Virus record (IMG/VR): IMGVR_UViG_3300017766_003987
Span: 1-64,000 of that record
Direction: 5' to 3' (one strand)
DNA from: a virus
Length of the DNA stretch: 64,000 nucleotides
Shown here: positions 47,876-56,913 of the stretch, in pieces
Layout of the letters: each line of letters opens with the position of its first letter
Numbering within the stretch: position 1 is the first letter of the stretch
Translations under genes and position numbers: made by a program
The notes under the pieces: model-generated
The model's input: the letters and a program-made list of their open reading frames with translations, nothing else
Told to the model about the DNA's origin: nothing
Databases searched by the model: none

Positions 47876-48118
47876 ATGTCTGCTGATCATGACGCCGAAA
47901 AAGAACTAATCGCTTTGTCCAAGGATCAGCGCTTGTTCTTTGAAAAGCTGATGCCTGGGATGAAGCTTTACCCGTATCAGGAAGAGTTAATTTCTGCAAT
48001 TCTGAACGGCAAAGTTACTCGGAAGCTTATAATGCATCGTCGGCCCATTGGCAAAACCCCGATGATGCGAGCTGTTGAAAAATATCTCGAAGAGCATCCT
48101 AATGCCGACAAACAATAG
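47876..48118 (+). CDS. Hypothetical protein
   Basis: AGGAG RBS. Confidence 0.65.
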   Translation: MSADHDAEKELIALSKDQRLFFEKLMPGMKLYPYQEELISAILNGKVTRKLIMHRRPIGKTPMMRAVEKYLEEHPNADKQ

Positions 48119-48281
48119 CTCCGAAGATGATTGGGAATTCGAAGAGGTCGTTCCTGACCAGTGGCGCTGCGAAGACTGCGGCCATGAGTTCACGAAGAAA
48201 TGGCCTCCGAAGGGCGTCGAAGCGAAGCCTTGCAAATGCCCGAAATGTAAGTCATATTCAGCAGCGCCTGTGGGGAGATAG
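48102..48281 (+). CDS. Small Zn-ribbon protein
   Basis: CEDCG...CPKC. Confidence 0.65.
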   Translation: MPTNNSSEDDWEFEEVVPDQWRCEDCGHEFTKKWPPKGVEAKPCKCPKCKSYSAAPVGR

Positions 48282-48283
48282 AC

Positions 48284-48583
48284 ATGTCGGGATACCGTAA
48301 GAGTTGGGGTCAGGTAATGAACCGCCTTATTGAGATTCGGGGCAAGGAAAAGAACGAAGACTTCTTCCTTATCGAATGCAAGGGCGACCAAGTCACGTTT
48401 GAATACGTCCTTGAGTGCGAGATCAATACGTTGCCGACGGCTGAATTTGTCGACTTGCTTGAGCAGGCTGAAATTCTCTATTTGCCATCCCCTGAGCTTG
48501 CGCAGAAGATTACTTCGGATGGGATTACCGAGCTTTCGAAGCTGAAAGAAAAACTTGCCGCTCAAGGGATCATTGTTGAATGA
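48284..48583 (+). CDS. Hypothetical protein
   Basis: GGAG RBS. Confidence 0.65.
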   Translation: MSGYRKSWGQVMNRLIEIRGKEKNEDFFLIECKGDQVTFEYVLECEINTLPTAEFVDLLEQAEILYLPSPELAQKITSDGITELSKLKEKLAAQGIIVE

Positions 48584-48912
48584 GGATGTGGGATGTTCCG
48601 CCTGCGACAATGTGTCGGCAACATTTGCTCGGTGAGCATCTCGAGATGCACATGTTTGTAGGTGCTATCGCCAAGGGCACGAGCATGTATGGCTATATCG
48701 AGAATGGACTTCTCGACGTGTCAAAGCTTCAATCTCGGCACGACGAGCTGGTCACCGAAATGACCAATCGCGGCATGAAACACAAATCCCCGTTGCCTGA
48801 GATCCCCGAGCATCCGTGGCGTGCCGAAGCGATTGACGTTAATGTCAGTCTGCTCGAGCTCGCGCATAGGTGCGCTGAGTGTCAGAAGCTACAGGACGCA
48901 TATTACAAGTGA
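48580..48912 (+). CDS. denV: Pyrimidine-dimer DNA glycosylase (T4 endonuclease V-like)
   Basis: MRMW..PP..MCRQHLLGEH.E.HM...RHDELV.EM..RG..HKSP. Confidence 0.85.
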   Translation: MRMWDVPPATMCRQHLLGEHLEMHMFVGAIAKGTSMYGYIENGLLDVSKLQSRHDELVTEMTNRGMKHKSPLPEIPEHPWRAEAIDVNVSLLELAHRCAECQKLQDAYYK

Positions 48913-49081
48913 AGTTTGTATATACGCCTACCGAGTTTTGTGAATATATAATCCGCAGTCGTCTTGAACCTGGAATCCCCTTAATAGTCGACCGGAGACC
49001 TCTCCCTTACACGACAGGGGAACCTAGCTGGGTTTACAGCAAGTGTCGAGAACGAAACCTAGAAAAGACGGTTGAGATAGA

Positions 49082-49984
49082 ATGAGGCTCTTTAACGCCG
49101 GTATCTATACGTCGAATTTTGACAAGCTGGGCACCGTGTATGCTAGACTCACGGACAGTGAGCGTGCAATGCGCGATAGCTGCGCCAACTTCCTCGAGTC
49201 TTATCATTACGTGCATTCGCAGCGATACGTTGACAAGATGCGCCGTGACGGTATCAAAGTTTTTCTCGATTCCGGGGCGTTCTCGGCTTTCTCACAGGGC
49301 ATCTCGGTCGATATAAATGCATACTGCGATTACATCCACAGGAATGATGATATCATCGAATTTCCATCTGTGCTTGACGCCATCGGTGATCCTGATGGAA
49401 CCTGGCGCAACCAAGAAGAGATGGAACGACAAGGCACGCACCCCCTCCCCTGCTATCACTATGGCGAGCCGGTTGAAGTTTTGCAGTATTACATCTCAAA
49501 GTACGAATACATAACCATCGGTGGCATGGTGCCAATTTCGACTCCTCAGCTCAAGATTTGGCTTGACCGAATTTGGGCGGAGTTCTTGACGCATGAAGAC
49601 GGCACCCCAAAAGTTAAAGTGCATGGGTTTGGTTTGACTTCGCTCCCTCTTATGTTCAGGTACCCGTGGTATAGCGTGGATTCGTCAACATGGGTGCAGT
49701 GGGCGGCAAATGGCATGATCCTGATCCCCGGCAAGGCTGGGCAGGTTGACGTTTCGAACAAGTCGAGTCGTCGTAAACAGCGCGGCCAGCACATGGATAG
49801 CGTGGCGCCCCTCGAAACAGCCGCAATCGAGAACGAGATCCAAAGTTTCGGTGGTGACCCCGAACGCCTTCGCGATCTATACTATTCTCGTTGGGCCTGG
49901 AACGCATGGGCCTTCCCGACTTATGCTAAGGACAAGCACTGGGAGGGAGATAAATTTGAAACCATCGAACAACGCTTGTTTTGA
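49082..49984 (+). CDS. dpdA: DNA-guanine transglycosylase (TGT-fold) inserting 7-deazaguanine into DNA
   Basis: FLDSGAFS, LDAIGD, IGGMV, VHGFGLT, YPWYSVDSSTW; genomic context with que genes. Confidence 0.85.
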   Translation: MRLFNAGIYTSNFDKLGTVYARLTDSERAMRDSCANFLESYHYVHSQRYVDKMRRDGIKVFLDSGAFSAFSQGISVDINAYCDYIHRNDDIIEFPSVLDAIGDPDGTWRNQEEMERQGTHPLPCYHYGEPVEVLQYYISKYEYITIGGMVPISTPQLKIWLDRIWAEFLTHEDGTPKVKVHGFGLTSLPLMFRYPWYSVDSSTWVQWAANGMILIPGKAGQVDVSNKSSRRKQRGQHMDSVAPLETAAIENEIQSFGGDPERLRDLYYSRWAWNAWAFPTYAKDKHWEGDKFETIEQRLF

Positions 49985-49996
49985 AAGGACAAACGT

Positions 49997-51073
49997 ATGA
50001 ACTTCCGCAACTCCCTGATGGCAATTGCACTTGCAGTCGCTGCATTCTCGGCTCCGGTATTTGCGCAGACCGCGCCGCCCGCCGCCGACGTAACCCTGAG
50101 CCTCACAGCGAACATGCCGAACCTCAAGGATGCCAAGGCACTCAACACTTTCTCCGGCAAGATCATCGATGCGCAGCTTCGCGAGACGTCGATTCTGAAG
50201 TGCACGGCGGGTCGTTCGAAGTGGGCAGTGTTCCACGAGAACAAAACCTGCGCTTCTCAGCCGGGTTCGGGCACTGAATTGTTCATCGCCAAGACGAATA
50301 CATGGGTCCCGCGCGTGCTTCTCGGTGGCTTCTACGAAGTTCAGGAGGATGGCACGACTGAAGGGTCCACCCTCGTCTATGACTATCAGGCGGTCGGTGC
50401 AGTTGCCCCGAGCAAGGGCGCGTTCGGCGGTTCGCTTCTGCTGAAGCCTGAGCTCGCTTCGACAGGTGCCAAGGGTCTGGTGGACGACGTCCTCGGCGGT
50501 CTGACAAAGCAGGCTGGTTCGGCGGTGATCAACAAGGAAACGGACACCATCACGTTCGCCAACTTTTGCCTGCCGTCGGCGGGTTACCCCTCCGATAAAG
50601 GGACTTGCTTCAACGGTGACGCGGTATATAGCTACCAGAATTATGCCTGGTTCTTCCGCGTCAATGCGAAGTTCAAGGATCAGGACATCCGTCTGGAAGG
50701 CAACATGCCCTTCACCACGCCAGCCATCCCCGAGAATGTCGACCCGAACAAGCCTGCTGTTACTGAATACAATGTCAGTCTTCAGATCCCCGGCCAGGTT
50801 GCCGCCTCCACCACCACCGACGATGACGCTGCCCTCTTCGCAGAGTTCGATCCCGACGCCGGTCTGTCTGCCCTGCCGAACGGTATTTCCGGCAAGCTCA
50901 CGATGAAGAACTCGGCTTACACCGAAGTCGCAATCGGTCAGGAAACCATCCTCGCAGCGACCGCGGTTCAGCTTGATGGCACGCTTCACGGTACGGGAAT
51001 CCCTCTCGAGGTCGTTCGTGCCTTCGGCAAGCTGATTGTCGAGATTCTGCCTGAGACCTTCGTCGGTCCGTAA
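49997..51073 (+). CDS. Exported protein of unknown function
   Basis: Sec signal peptide (..APVFA-Q); 358 aa. Confidence 0.8.
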   Translation: MNFRNSLMAIALAVAAFSAPVFAQTAPPAADVTLSLTANMPNLKDAKALNTFSGKIIDAQLRETSILKCTAGRSKWAVFHENKTCASQPGSGTELFIAKTNTWVPRVLLGGFYEVQEDGTTEGSTLVYDYQAVGAVAPSKGAFGGSLLLKPELASTGAKGLVDDVLGGLTKQAGSAVINKETDTITFANFCLPSAGYPSDKGTCFNGDAVYSYQNYAWFFRVNAKFKDQDIRLEGNMPFTTPAIPENVDPNKPAVTEYNVSLQIPGQVAASTTTDDDAALFAEFDPDAGLSALPNGISGKLTMKNSAYTEVAIGQETILAATAVQLDGTLHGTGIPLEVVRAFGKLIVEILPETFVGP

Positions 51074-51118
51074 TCCTATCAATACACCCCGGCAATCGTG
51101 TCGGGGTGCAACTTCCAG

Positions 51119-51253
51119 AATTGCTTTATGGCTTAGTCGATACGGGGCAGGACCGTAGCCGTGACCGAAGAGGGAAACCTCCAAGTTAGGCATGTGGTGT
51201 AACACTTCGACTAAGCTTTATGGCAATTACGGTAATCAAAAGGAACCCCGTAA
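51119..51253 (+). promoter_or_regulatory. Candidate riboswitch / structured 5' UTR of pnuC
   Basis: Perfect 10-bp closing stem 51131-40/51207-16 enclosing three sub-helices; helix overlapping the RBS region. Confidence 0.5.
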
Positions 51254-51255
51254 AA

Positions 51256-52113
51256 ATGAACTATATCAAGCAGTTTCGCACGTTCTACTTTCCCGACCCC
51301 GGCACGATTACCTGGCGAGACTATCTCTGGCGCTCGTTCATAGTCGGCCTCTTTTTCACGAGCATTTCGTGGCTTGCAGTCAAGCTTTTCGGGGTCGATG
51401 CGTCGATGACGCCGCTCGAGATCGCCGCAGTGAGCACGAGTTTCGCTTGCACGTACCTGTGCAACATCCAATCGCGCATGAACTACCCGCTGGGTATGAT
51501 CACTACCGCGCTTTATGCTTGGCTCACGTTTGACGCCGGCCTGCTGGGTTCTGCCGCGCTGAACATCTACCTTGTTCCTGTTCTCGCGTACGGTTGGTTC
51601 CGATGGGGCAAGGACAAATCGACCCGTCCTGTTGCCCATCTCAATGCGTGGTACATTCCGATCTATCTCATCCTCACTGTCATTGTGTGGATCTTTTGCT
51701 CGGTAATTGTCACATCGCTTGGCGGACAACTCGGTCCGTGGGATACTGCTATTCTCGTTCTCAGCGTGCTAGCGCAGCTCCTGCTTGACAACAAGAAGCT
51801 GGAAACCTGGATCATCTGGGTTTTAGTCAATCTGGTTGCCCTTTACGTTTACTCGACGCAAGGCCTTTGGCTGGTTACCGCGCAGTACGTGTTCTTCTTG
51901 ATCAACACCAGCATCGGCTGGATGGAATGGCGACGCATCTATGCGAAGAATAAAGCCAACGAGATCATGCAACGAACCTTGCATGAAGGCACAACGCCCG
52001 AGTATGTGAAGGGCGATCTTTACTACCCTCAGACAACGGGTCGAGGGCTTCGCCGCACTCCCAAGGGTCCCCCGGACATTCGCGAGTGGGACGATAGCGA
52101 TTACAGGGGCTGA
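51256..52113 (+). CDS. pnuC: Nicotinamide riboside transporter PnuC
   Basis: CTYLC..QSR.NYP.G, YGWFRW, LAQLLLDNKKLETW.IW..VN. Confidence 0.9.
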   Translation: MNYIKQFRTFYFPDPGTITWRDYLWRSFIVGLFFTSISWLAVKLFGVDASMTPLEIAAVSTSFACTYLCNIQSRMNYPLGMITTALYAWLTFDAGLLGSAALNIYLVPVLAYGWFRWGKDKSTRPVAHLNAWYIPIYLILTVIVWIFCSVIVTSLGGQLGPWDTAILVLSVLAQLLLDNKKLETWIIWVLVNLVALYVYSTQGLWLVTAQYVFFLINTSIGWMEWRRIYAKNKANEIMQRTLHEGTTPEYVKGDLYYPQTTGRGLRRTPKGPPDIREWDDSDYRG

Positions 52114-52114
52114 A

Positions 52115-52798
52115 ATGCGTATCATCGGCGGGCACGATTACTACGACGGCGTGATTCCTTTCGACAGCGATAGGGAACGCGTATTCGTCCGAGACCACAA
52201 GACTATCGAGCTCGTGCCCGTCGATAACAGCAGATTGCAGATCAAATCTACAGCAAGACCTGTGCTGCGTGGGATCGAGAAACTTGAGGTGATCTTCTGC
52301 GGAAAGCGTTATCGCGGAATCAGGATCAAAGAGACGACACGCCAATACCAACCGCTGATTGATGTCTTCGCTTGGACGGCGGAGCGAGCCCTTCAGCATC
52401 TCGAGTTTGATGATCGCCCCGCTTGGCGAACGCCGGATGGCGAGCAGATTTACTCGCAGGACGTAGGCCGATACTTCGCCCCTACCCCTGTGGACGAGAA
52501 AACGTTCGCCCTGCTTCGCCAGCAGAAAATCCTGATTGCTATTGCGCAGCACGAAGGATTCTCAAATAAATCTACTTGGCGCGTTAACTCGGCTGAGTTG
52601 AAGTATTTGCATTTTGGCTCGATCATGCCGGCGTGGGAAGCGTATCAGGAGCTTGAAATGTTCCTCGGTACAATTCTGGTGAACGATGACGACCAAATGG
52701 TTAAGGTCAGCGAGCAATCGAAACTTGTCAAGCACGGGTTTGACAAGTGGAGTTTCAAGAATCCCATCCACAGGAATAAACCGAGAGGTGCAAAGTGA
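52115..52798 (+). CDS. Conserved phage protein
   Basis: MRIIGGHDYYD...EAYQELEMFL...KHGFDKWSFK. Confidence 0.8.
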   Translation: MRIIGGHDYYDGVIPFDSDRERVFVRDHKTIELVPVDNSRLQIKSTARPVLRGIEKLEVIFCGKRYRGIRIKETTRQYQPLIDVFAWTAERALQHLEFDDRPAWRTPDGEQIYSQDVGRYFAPTPVDEKTFALLRQQKILIAIAQHEGFSNKSTWRVNSAELKYLHFGSIMPAWEAYQELEMFLGTILVNDDDQMVKVSEQSKLVKHGFDKWSFKNPIHRNKPRGAK

Positions 52799-53049
52799 AA
52801 GTTATCCGTTTCAAGGGTTCGTGGGGAGCAAGTAATCAAGGCTTTCTATCGATTGAGCAAGCGGTTCGGCATATGGTTGCCCCGATACCTTACGGAAGTG
52901 ACGGGCAGCTAGAGAAAGAAATAGAACGCTTGAACAATACGGTTGAACTGATCGGAAGATTAGTCGATGGCCTTGTTTCCAAGGGCCTACTAAGCCACGA
53001 AGAAGTGGCATTGATTCTCGGATTGTCTTACGAGGTAGTTGAAGAATGA
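52795..53049 (+). CDS. Hypothetical protein
   Basis: GTGA overlap. Confidence 0.65.
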   Translation: MKVIRFKGSWGASNQGFLSIEQAVRHMVAPIPYGSDGQLEKEIERLNNTVELIGRLVDGLVSKGLLSHEEVALILGLSYEVVEE

Positions 53050-54170
53050 TCAAATTCAAAGATGTTCGCAGCGGGCCTGTAGGGGCTATCCTGATGACAG
53101 CCCTACCACCGAGCATAGGGCACGAGGCGCTTGTTCGCTTCGGCGCGGAATATATGTCGCATCTCGACGGCCATTTGGTCGTTATTATGGGCGTTCTCCC
53201 TAATGAACCTGGCCGGCGTGCGGATCATTTCGAGGCGCTTCGTTCGTGTTTCGGAAGTTACCGAAACGTGCACTTTAGCCTTCAGTTCTCGAACGATCCG
53301 CAAGGCCCGAGCGGCCCGGACGATGACGCGTTCTGGGCGCACTGGGTCAAGGTGATCATGGGCCACATTGGCAAGACCCCGGATTACCTCTTCTCGTCGG
53401 AACAATACGGCTTTCGAATGGCTCAGGCACTCGATTGCCAGCACATCCCGTTTGATCCGGGCCGTTGGATCGCCAACGGCGTAAAGGCGACTGATATCCG
53501 CAACGATATCACAGGTCAGTTCTTTAACATAATCAAGCCGCTTCGAGACGAATTGCGGATGCGCGTGACGATCTTCGGACCTGAGAGCACCGGTAAGACG
53601 ACGCTGACGAAGAACCTCGGTGAGCACTACAATTCGCCAGTTTCTCCGGAGTGGGCCCGGCCCTACCTCGAGATGCTTCCTGATGGTCGCGTGAACCAAG
53701 AACGTGAACGAATGCTGACCATCGTCCGCGGTCAAGCGGCACAGGAAGCTGTGACGGATCGCATGGCAGAAGACAAGGGTTCGCCGTTTGCGTTCTTCGA
53801 CACAGACCTGCTTACTACGATGGGTTTCGAACAGCGTCGGCGTCCGCGGTTTGGACGAAATAAGTTAGTTAGCTGGGAACATGACGAGCGTGCGAAATGG
53901 TGGGACGAGATCGAAGGGCTCTACCGCCCTGCCGACCTTTATCTGGTGACCAGCGACGCGATCCCCTTCGAAGTCGATCCGTTGCGCTACGGCGGTGACA
54001 AACGCGAAACCGATGCTGCTTACTGGATCGGTATTCTCGAAGCCCGTCAATTGCCTTATTATGTGATCCCGACAGGCGACGCACTCGAGACCCTCGGATG
54101 GGCTATTCAGCAGCTCGAAAATGCAATGGAAGCACGCGCCGGTTTCGCCTACTATGAAAGGACCACGTAA
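53046..54170 (+). CDS. nadR: NadR-like bifunctional NMN adenylyltransferase / nicotinamide riboside kinase
   Basis: PPSIGH (HxGH-like), FSSEQYG, ATDIR, GPESTGKTT, EWARPYL, DTD, DPLRYG. Confidence 0.9.
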   Translation: MIKFKDVRSGPVGAILMTALPPSIGHEALVRFGAEYMSHLDGHLVVIMGVLPNEPGRRADHFEALRSCFGSYRNVHFSLQFSNDPQGPSGPDDDAFWAHWVKVIMGHIGKTPDYLFSSEQYGFRMAQALDCQHIPFDPGRWIANGVKATDIRNDITGQFFNIIKPLRDELRMRVTIFGPESTGKTTLTKNLGEHYNSPVSPEWARPYLEMLPDGRVNQERERMLTIVRGQAAQEAVTDRMAEDKGSPFAFFDTDLLTTMGFEQRRRPRFGRNKLVSWEHDERAKWWDEIEGLYRPADLYLVTSDAIPFEVDPLRYGGDKRETDAAYWIGILEARQLPYYVIPTGDALETLGWAIQQLENAMEARAGFAYYERTT

Positions 54171-54184
54171 GGCGAGGAACACGC

Positions 54185-54430
54185 ATGCCTAAGATCCTTT
54201 TGCGCAATCAAGAGAATCGATACTTCATCACTGAAGTTGAATTCTGGCCCGCCGCGTGGAGTAGGGAAACCCCTCCCGTCGTGCGGGCCAATGTCTTTGG
54301 TAGGGTAGAATCCGTTTATTATCTTCGGACGGATGATTGGCTCGACGGAAAGCGTCTTTATGTTGAGGCGCCTGAACTAGGGGTAGCAATCCCTTACGAG
54401 TTGACAACCAAAGAAAGTCACGCAAAATGA
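54185..54430 (+). CDS. Hypothetical protein
   Basis: GAGGA RBS. Confidence 0.65.
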   Translation: MPKILLRNQENRYFITEVEFWPAAWSRETPPVVRANVFGRVESVYYLRTDDWLDGKRLYVEAPELGVAIPYELTTKESHAK

Positions 54431-54888
54431 AGCAGATCAACACTCTGTCCCGAGAAGATCTCGCAAGGCTCAAAGACGAAGTCATGTTCGCAGGTCCGAA
54501 TAATTCAATCGACCTGTATCAGTCCGTTGCGACGAAGTCGGCAATATACCCCGGGCATGGAACGCCGTTTGGGCTCGCCTATGTCGCCCTCAAGGGGGCT
54601 GGTGAAGCCGGGGAATTCGCCGAGCACGTCGGCAAGGCAATGCGTGACGATGATCTGGTCACAATCGGAACAGAACGGGGCGACGGTTTGCACGACGTTT
54701 TGTTCCAGGAGATTACTCCCGAGCGCAAAGCTCTATTGATCAAGGAAATTGGCGATCAGCTTTGGTATCTAGCCGCCAAGTGCAACGAGCTTGGGGTTCT
54801 GCTCAGCGACGTAGCAGTCATCAATATCGAAAAGTTACTCGACAGAACCGAACGAAACGCCTTGCAAGGCTCAGGCGATACGCGTTAA
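54427..54888 (+). CDS. MazG-like NTP pyrophosphohydrolase
   Basis: GEAGEFAE..K..RD...KEIGDQLWY...NIEKL.DR......GSGD.R. Confidence 0.9.
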   Translation: MKQINTLSREDLARLKDEVMFAGPNNSIDLYQSVATKSAIYPGHGTPFGLAYVALKGAGEAGEFAEHVGKAMRDDDLVTIGTERGDGLHDVLFQEITPERKALLIKEIGDQLWYLAAKCNELGVLLSDVAVINIEKLLDRTERNALQGSGDTR

Positions 54889-55025
54889 TGTAATGTCGTT
54901 CTGAGCAAGGGTCTTTCGTTTCGACTCGGTTGTGTTGTGCTTTGCTTAGCGTTGATGGGTATTTCCGCGATCAACTCCAGTCCCGTCGCCGGATCAATTC
55001 CCCCGAATGTTCGGCGACGGGATAA

Positions 55026-55110
55026 CTTAAAGTGTCACTGAAGAGTCCTGATGGGACGAAATCACAAGGGAGAGCTTTGTGATCTGGCACGTACAAGAGG
55101 AACGTTTAAG
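55026..55110 (+). ncRNA. Type I hammerhead ribozyme, predicted cleavage after C55084
   Basis: Stem I GTGTCA/TGGCAC, core CTGAAGA, stem II GTCC-tgatg-GGAC, GAAA, stem III TCACAAGG/CTTTGTGA, ATC triplet. Confidence 0.9.
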
Positions 55111-55296
55111 AGCGATATGGGCTTGACCGGCAATAGCTTACCGGTGACAACATAATGACCCAAAAGGATCTTGAGTAGGTATCGCTAGCCTCATTTGGGA
55201 GCTGATGATCCGGCTTAACAGCTCGATTTGACTTCTCAGGCGGGATGGTTGCAAACGCCCGCAAGTCCTCACTCCTATCTTCCACAGGAAGTTATC

Positions 55297-55530
55297 ATGG
55301 CTATCAAGCAAGCGCCTCCGTCTGCACTCATCGGGGTTGAAGCGGTCAACGCTGAAACGGGGCGAGAAGTGACTCCTTTGACTTTGACATTCACGTTACG
55401 ACAGTGGCGTCTGCTTGCGGTTGCGGCAGGCCGCGTTAGCGCGTCAGTTTTCATCGAATCCAAAGATGCGGCTGAAGTCAAGGCAATCGCCAAGCTGATT
55501 GCTGAACAAACCGGCAAAGAACCCGCATGA
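55297..55530 (+). CDS. Hypothetical protein
   Basis: AGGA RBS. Confidence 0.7.
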   Translation: MAIKQAPPSALIGVEAVNAETGREVTPLTLTFTLRQWRLLAVAAGRVSASVFIESKDAAEVKAIAKLIAEQTGKEPA

Positions 55531-55787
55531 AATTCGATAACTTCCAAGTCGTAAATCCGCAAATTGTTCCCGCGGATCGCAAGCGTGAGCTTGATCGTCG
55601 GTACCTGGCGTTCGTTTATCCCAATCGAGACGCTCGCGGCGGCCTTGAAGATCTTGTTGCAACCAGCGATAGTTACGACGATATCTTAGCTGCCGTTAAC
55701 GAAGCCCGCAAGACAGAATTTCAAGCGATTTGGCACGTGTACGATAGCGCAACCGGCCAGATTGTGCTCAAGGGATCTGATCCATGA
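55527..55787 (+). CDS. Hypothetical protein
   Basis: ATGA overlap. Confidence 0.7.
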   Translation: MKFDNFQVVNPQIVPADRKRELDRRYLAFVYPNRDARGGLEDLVATSDSYDDILAAVNEARKTEFQAIWHVYDSATGQIVLKGSDP

Positions 55788-55938
55788 TCGAACGCGAGAA
55801 AGAATTTCTTCTTGAGCTCGCCGAAAAGATCGAACGTCTCCCTACCATTTTCGGGGAGGATGAGGTAAAGCGGCTGCGCGAGATTGCTGACATGTTCACG
55901 ATCCGCGGTAAGCGACAGCAGGAAAAAGGCCTTCTTTG

Positions 55939-56913
55939 ATGCTTGACGCACTTCGTTTCGTTGCATCCGCCGTTGCGAAGAAAGACTACGTCCCAGCTCT
56001 CACACACTACAAGATCACTAACGGTAAGGTGATGGGCTTTAATGGGATCATCGCCCTGTCATCTGAGATTGACGTTGATCTGGAGGTGATGCCGAGCGCA
56101 GCGAAATTCCTCGCCGCAATCAAGGCGTGCCCTGACACCATTGCGCTCAACGTAACCCCATCTGGGAAGCTCGCTGTCAAGTCCGGCAAATTTAAATCGT
56201 TCGTTGATTGCCTTCCCATGGACACAGCGGTCACTTTCCTTGAACCTGAAGGCGAGGAAGTTGACTTGGGACCGAGCTTTCTCAAGGGCATCAAGCTGCT
56301 TGAGCCTGCGATGGGCATCGACGCATCCCGCCAATGGGCAATGGGGATTAAGCTTCGCGGCAAGTCAATGTTCGCGACTAACAACATCATGTTAGTCGAA
56401 TACTATCACGGGACGCACATTCCAATGGACGTGGTGATACCTGACCTGGCCATTAGGGAGTTGGTTCGTATCAACGAAGTTCCTACGCGTGTCCAAGTTT
56501 CTGAAAAGTCGATCTCATTCTGGTTCGGTGAGAAGCGTTGGTTGCGCACGAACCTGCTTGAAGGTGGAAAGTGGCCGACGGACAAACTCACGCAGATTCT
56601 GTCAGCGTCAACCGGTGAGCAGGTGCCTTTCCCTGATGGGTTCGCAGAGAACCTTGAAATTATCAAACCGTTCTTGGGCGATAACGGCACTATCTTTCTT
56701 ACGCCTAAGGCGATGATGACCTCTCAGTACGACGGCGAGGGAACGACGCTCGAGATTGAAATGCCGCAGATCACCGAGATGCAGGCATATCATCATAAAC
56801 AGCTTGTGCTGCTGGCCGAGATGGCAGCGACTATCGATTGGACAGGCTATCCGCGTCCGTGCATGTTTCAAGGGAAGATGCTTCGCGGCGCACTTGTTGG
56901 ACAGAGGGTGTAA
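55939..56913 (+). CDS. DNA polymerase sliding clamp (Pol III beta-like)
   Basis: L.AL.FV..AV.KKD..P.LTH, FATNN; about 325 aa, directly upstream of the polymerase. Confidence 0.8.
   Translation: MLDALRFVASAVAKKDYVPALTHYKITNGKVMGFNGIIALSSEIDVDLEVMPSAAKFLAAIKACPDTIALNVTPSGKLAVKSGKFKSFVDCLPMDTAVTFLEPEGEEVDLGPSFLKGIKLLEPAMGIDASRQWAMGIKLRGKSMFATNNIMLVEYYHGTHIPMDVVIPDLAIRELVRINEVPTRVQVSEKSISFWFGEKRWLRTNLLEGGKWPTDKLTQILSASTGEQVPFPDGFAENLEIIKPFLGDNGTIFLTPKAMMTSQYDGEGTTLEIEMPQITEMQAYHHKQLVLLAEMAATIDWTGYPRPCMFQGKMLRGALVGQRV

Noticed and set aside
24545-48282. Other genes recoded at TAGA (ORFs ending 24547 and 48281 stop with TAG-A)
   Set aside because: The +1 continuation runs into tRNA-Gln or is out of frame with the next gene and stops quickly; no fusion product is evident. 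My check was not exhaustive.
49877-51205. Long antisense ORFs (e.g. 49877-51205, 63021-63893, 28182-29030, 2643-3590)
   Set aside because: Shadow frames of GC3-biased genes on the opposite strand; no RBS or motifs.
55202-55230. Second hammerhead core (CTGATGA)
   Set aside because: No stem II followed by GAAA; the segment instead pairs as GAGCTG/CAGCTC.
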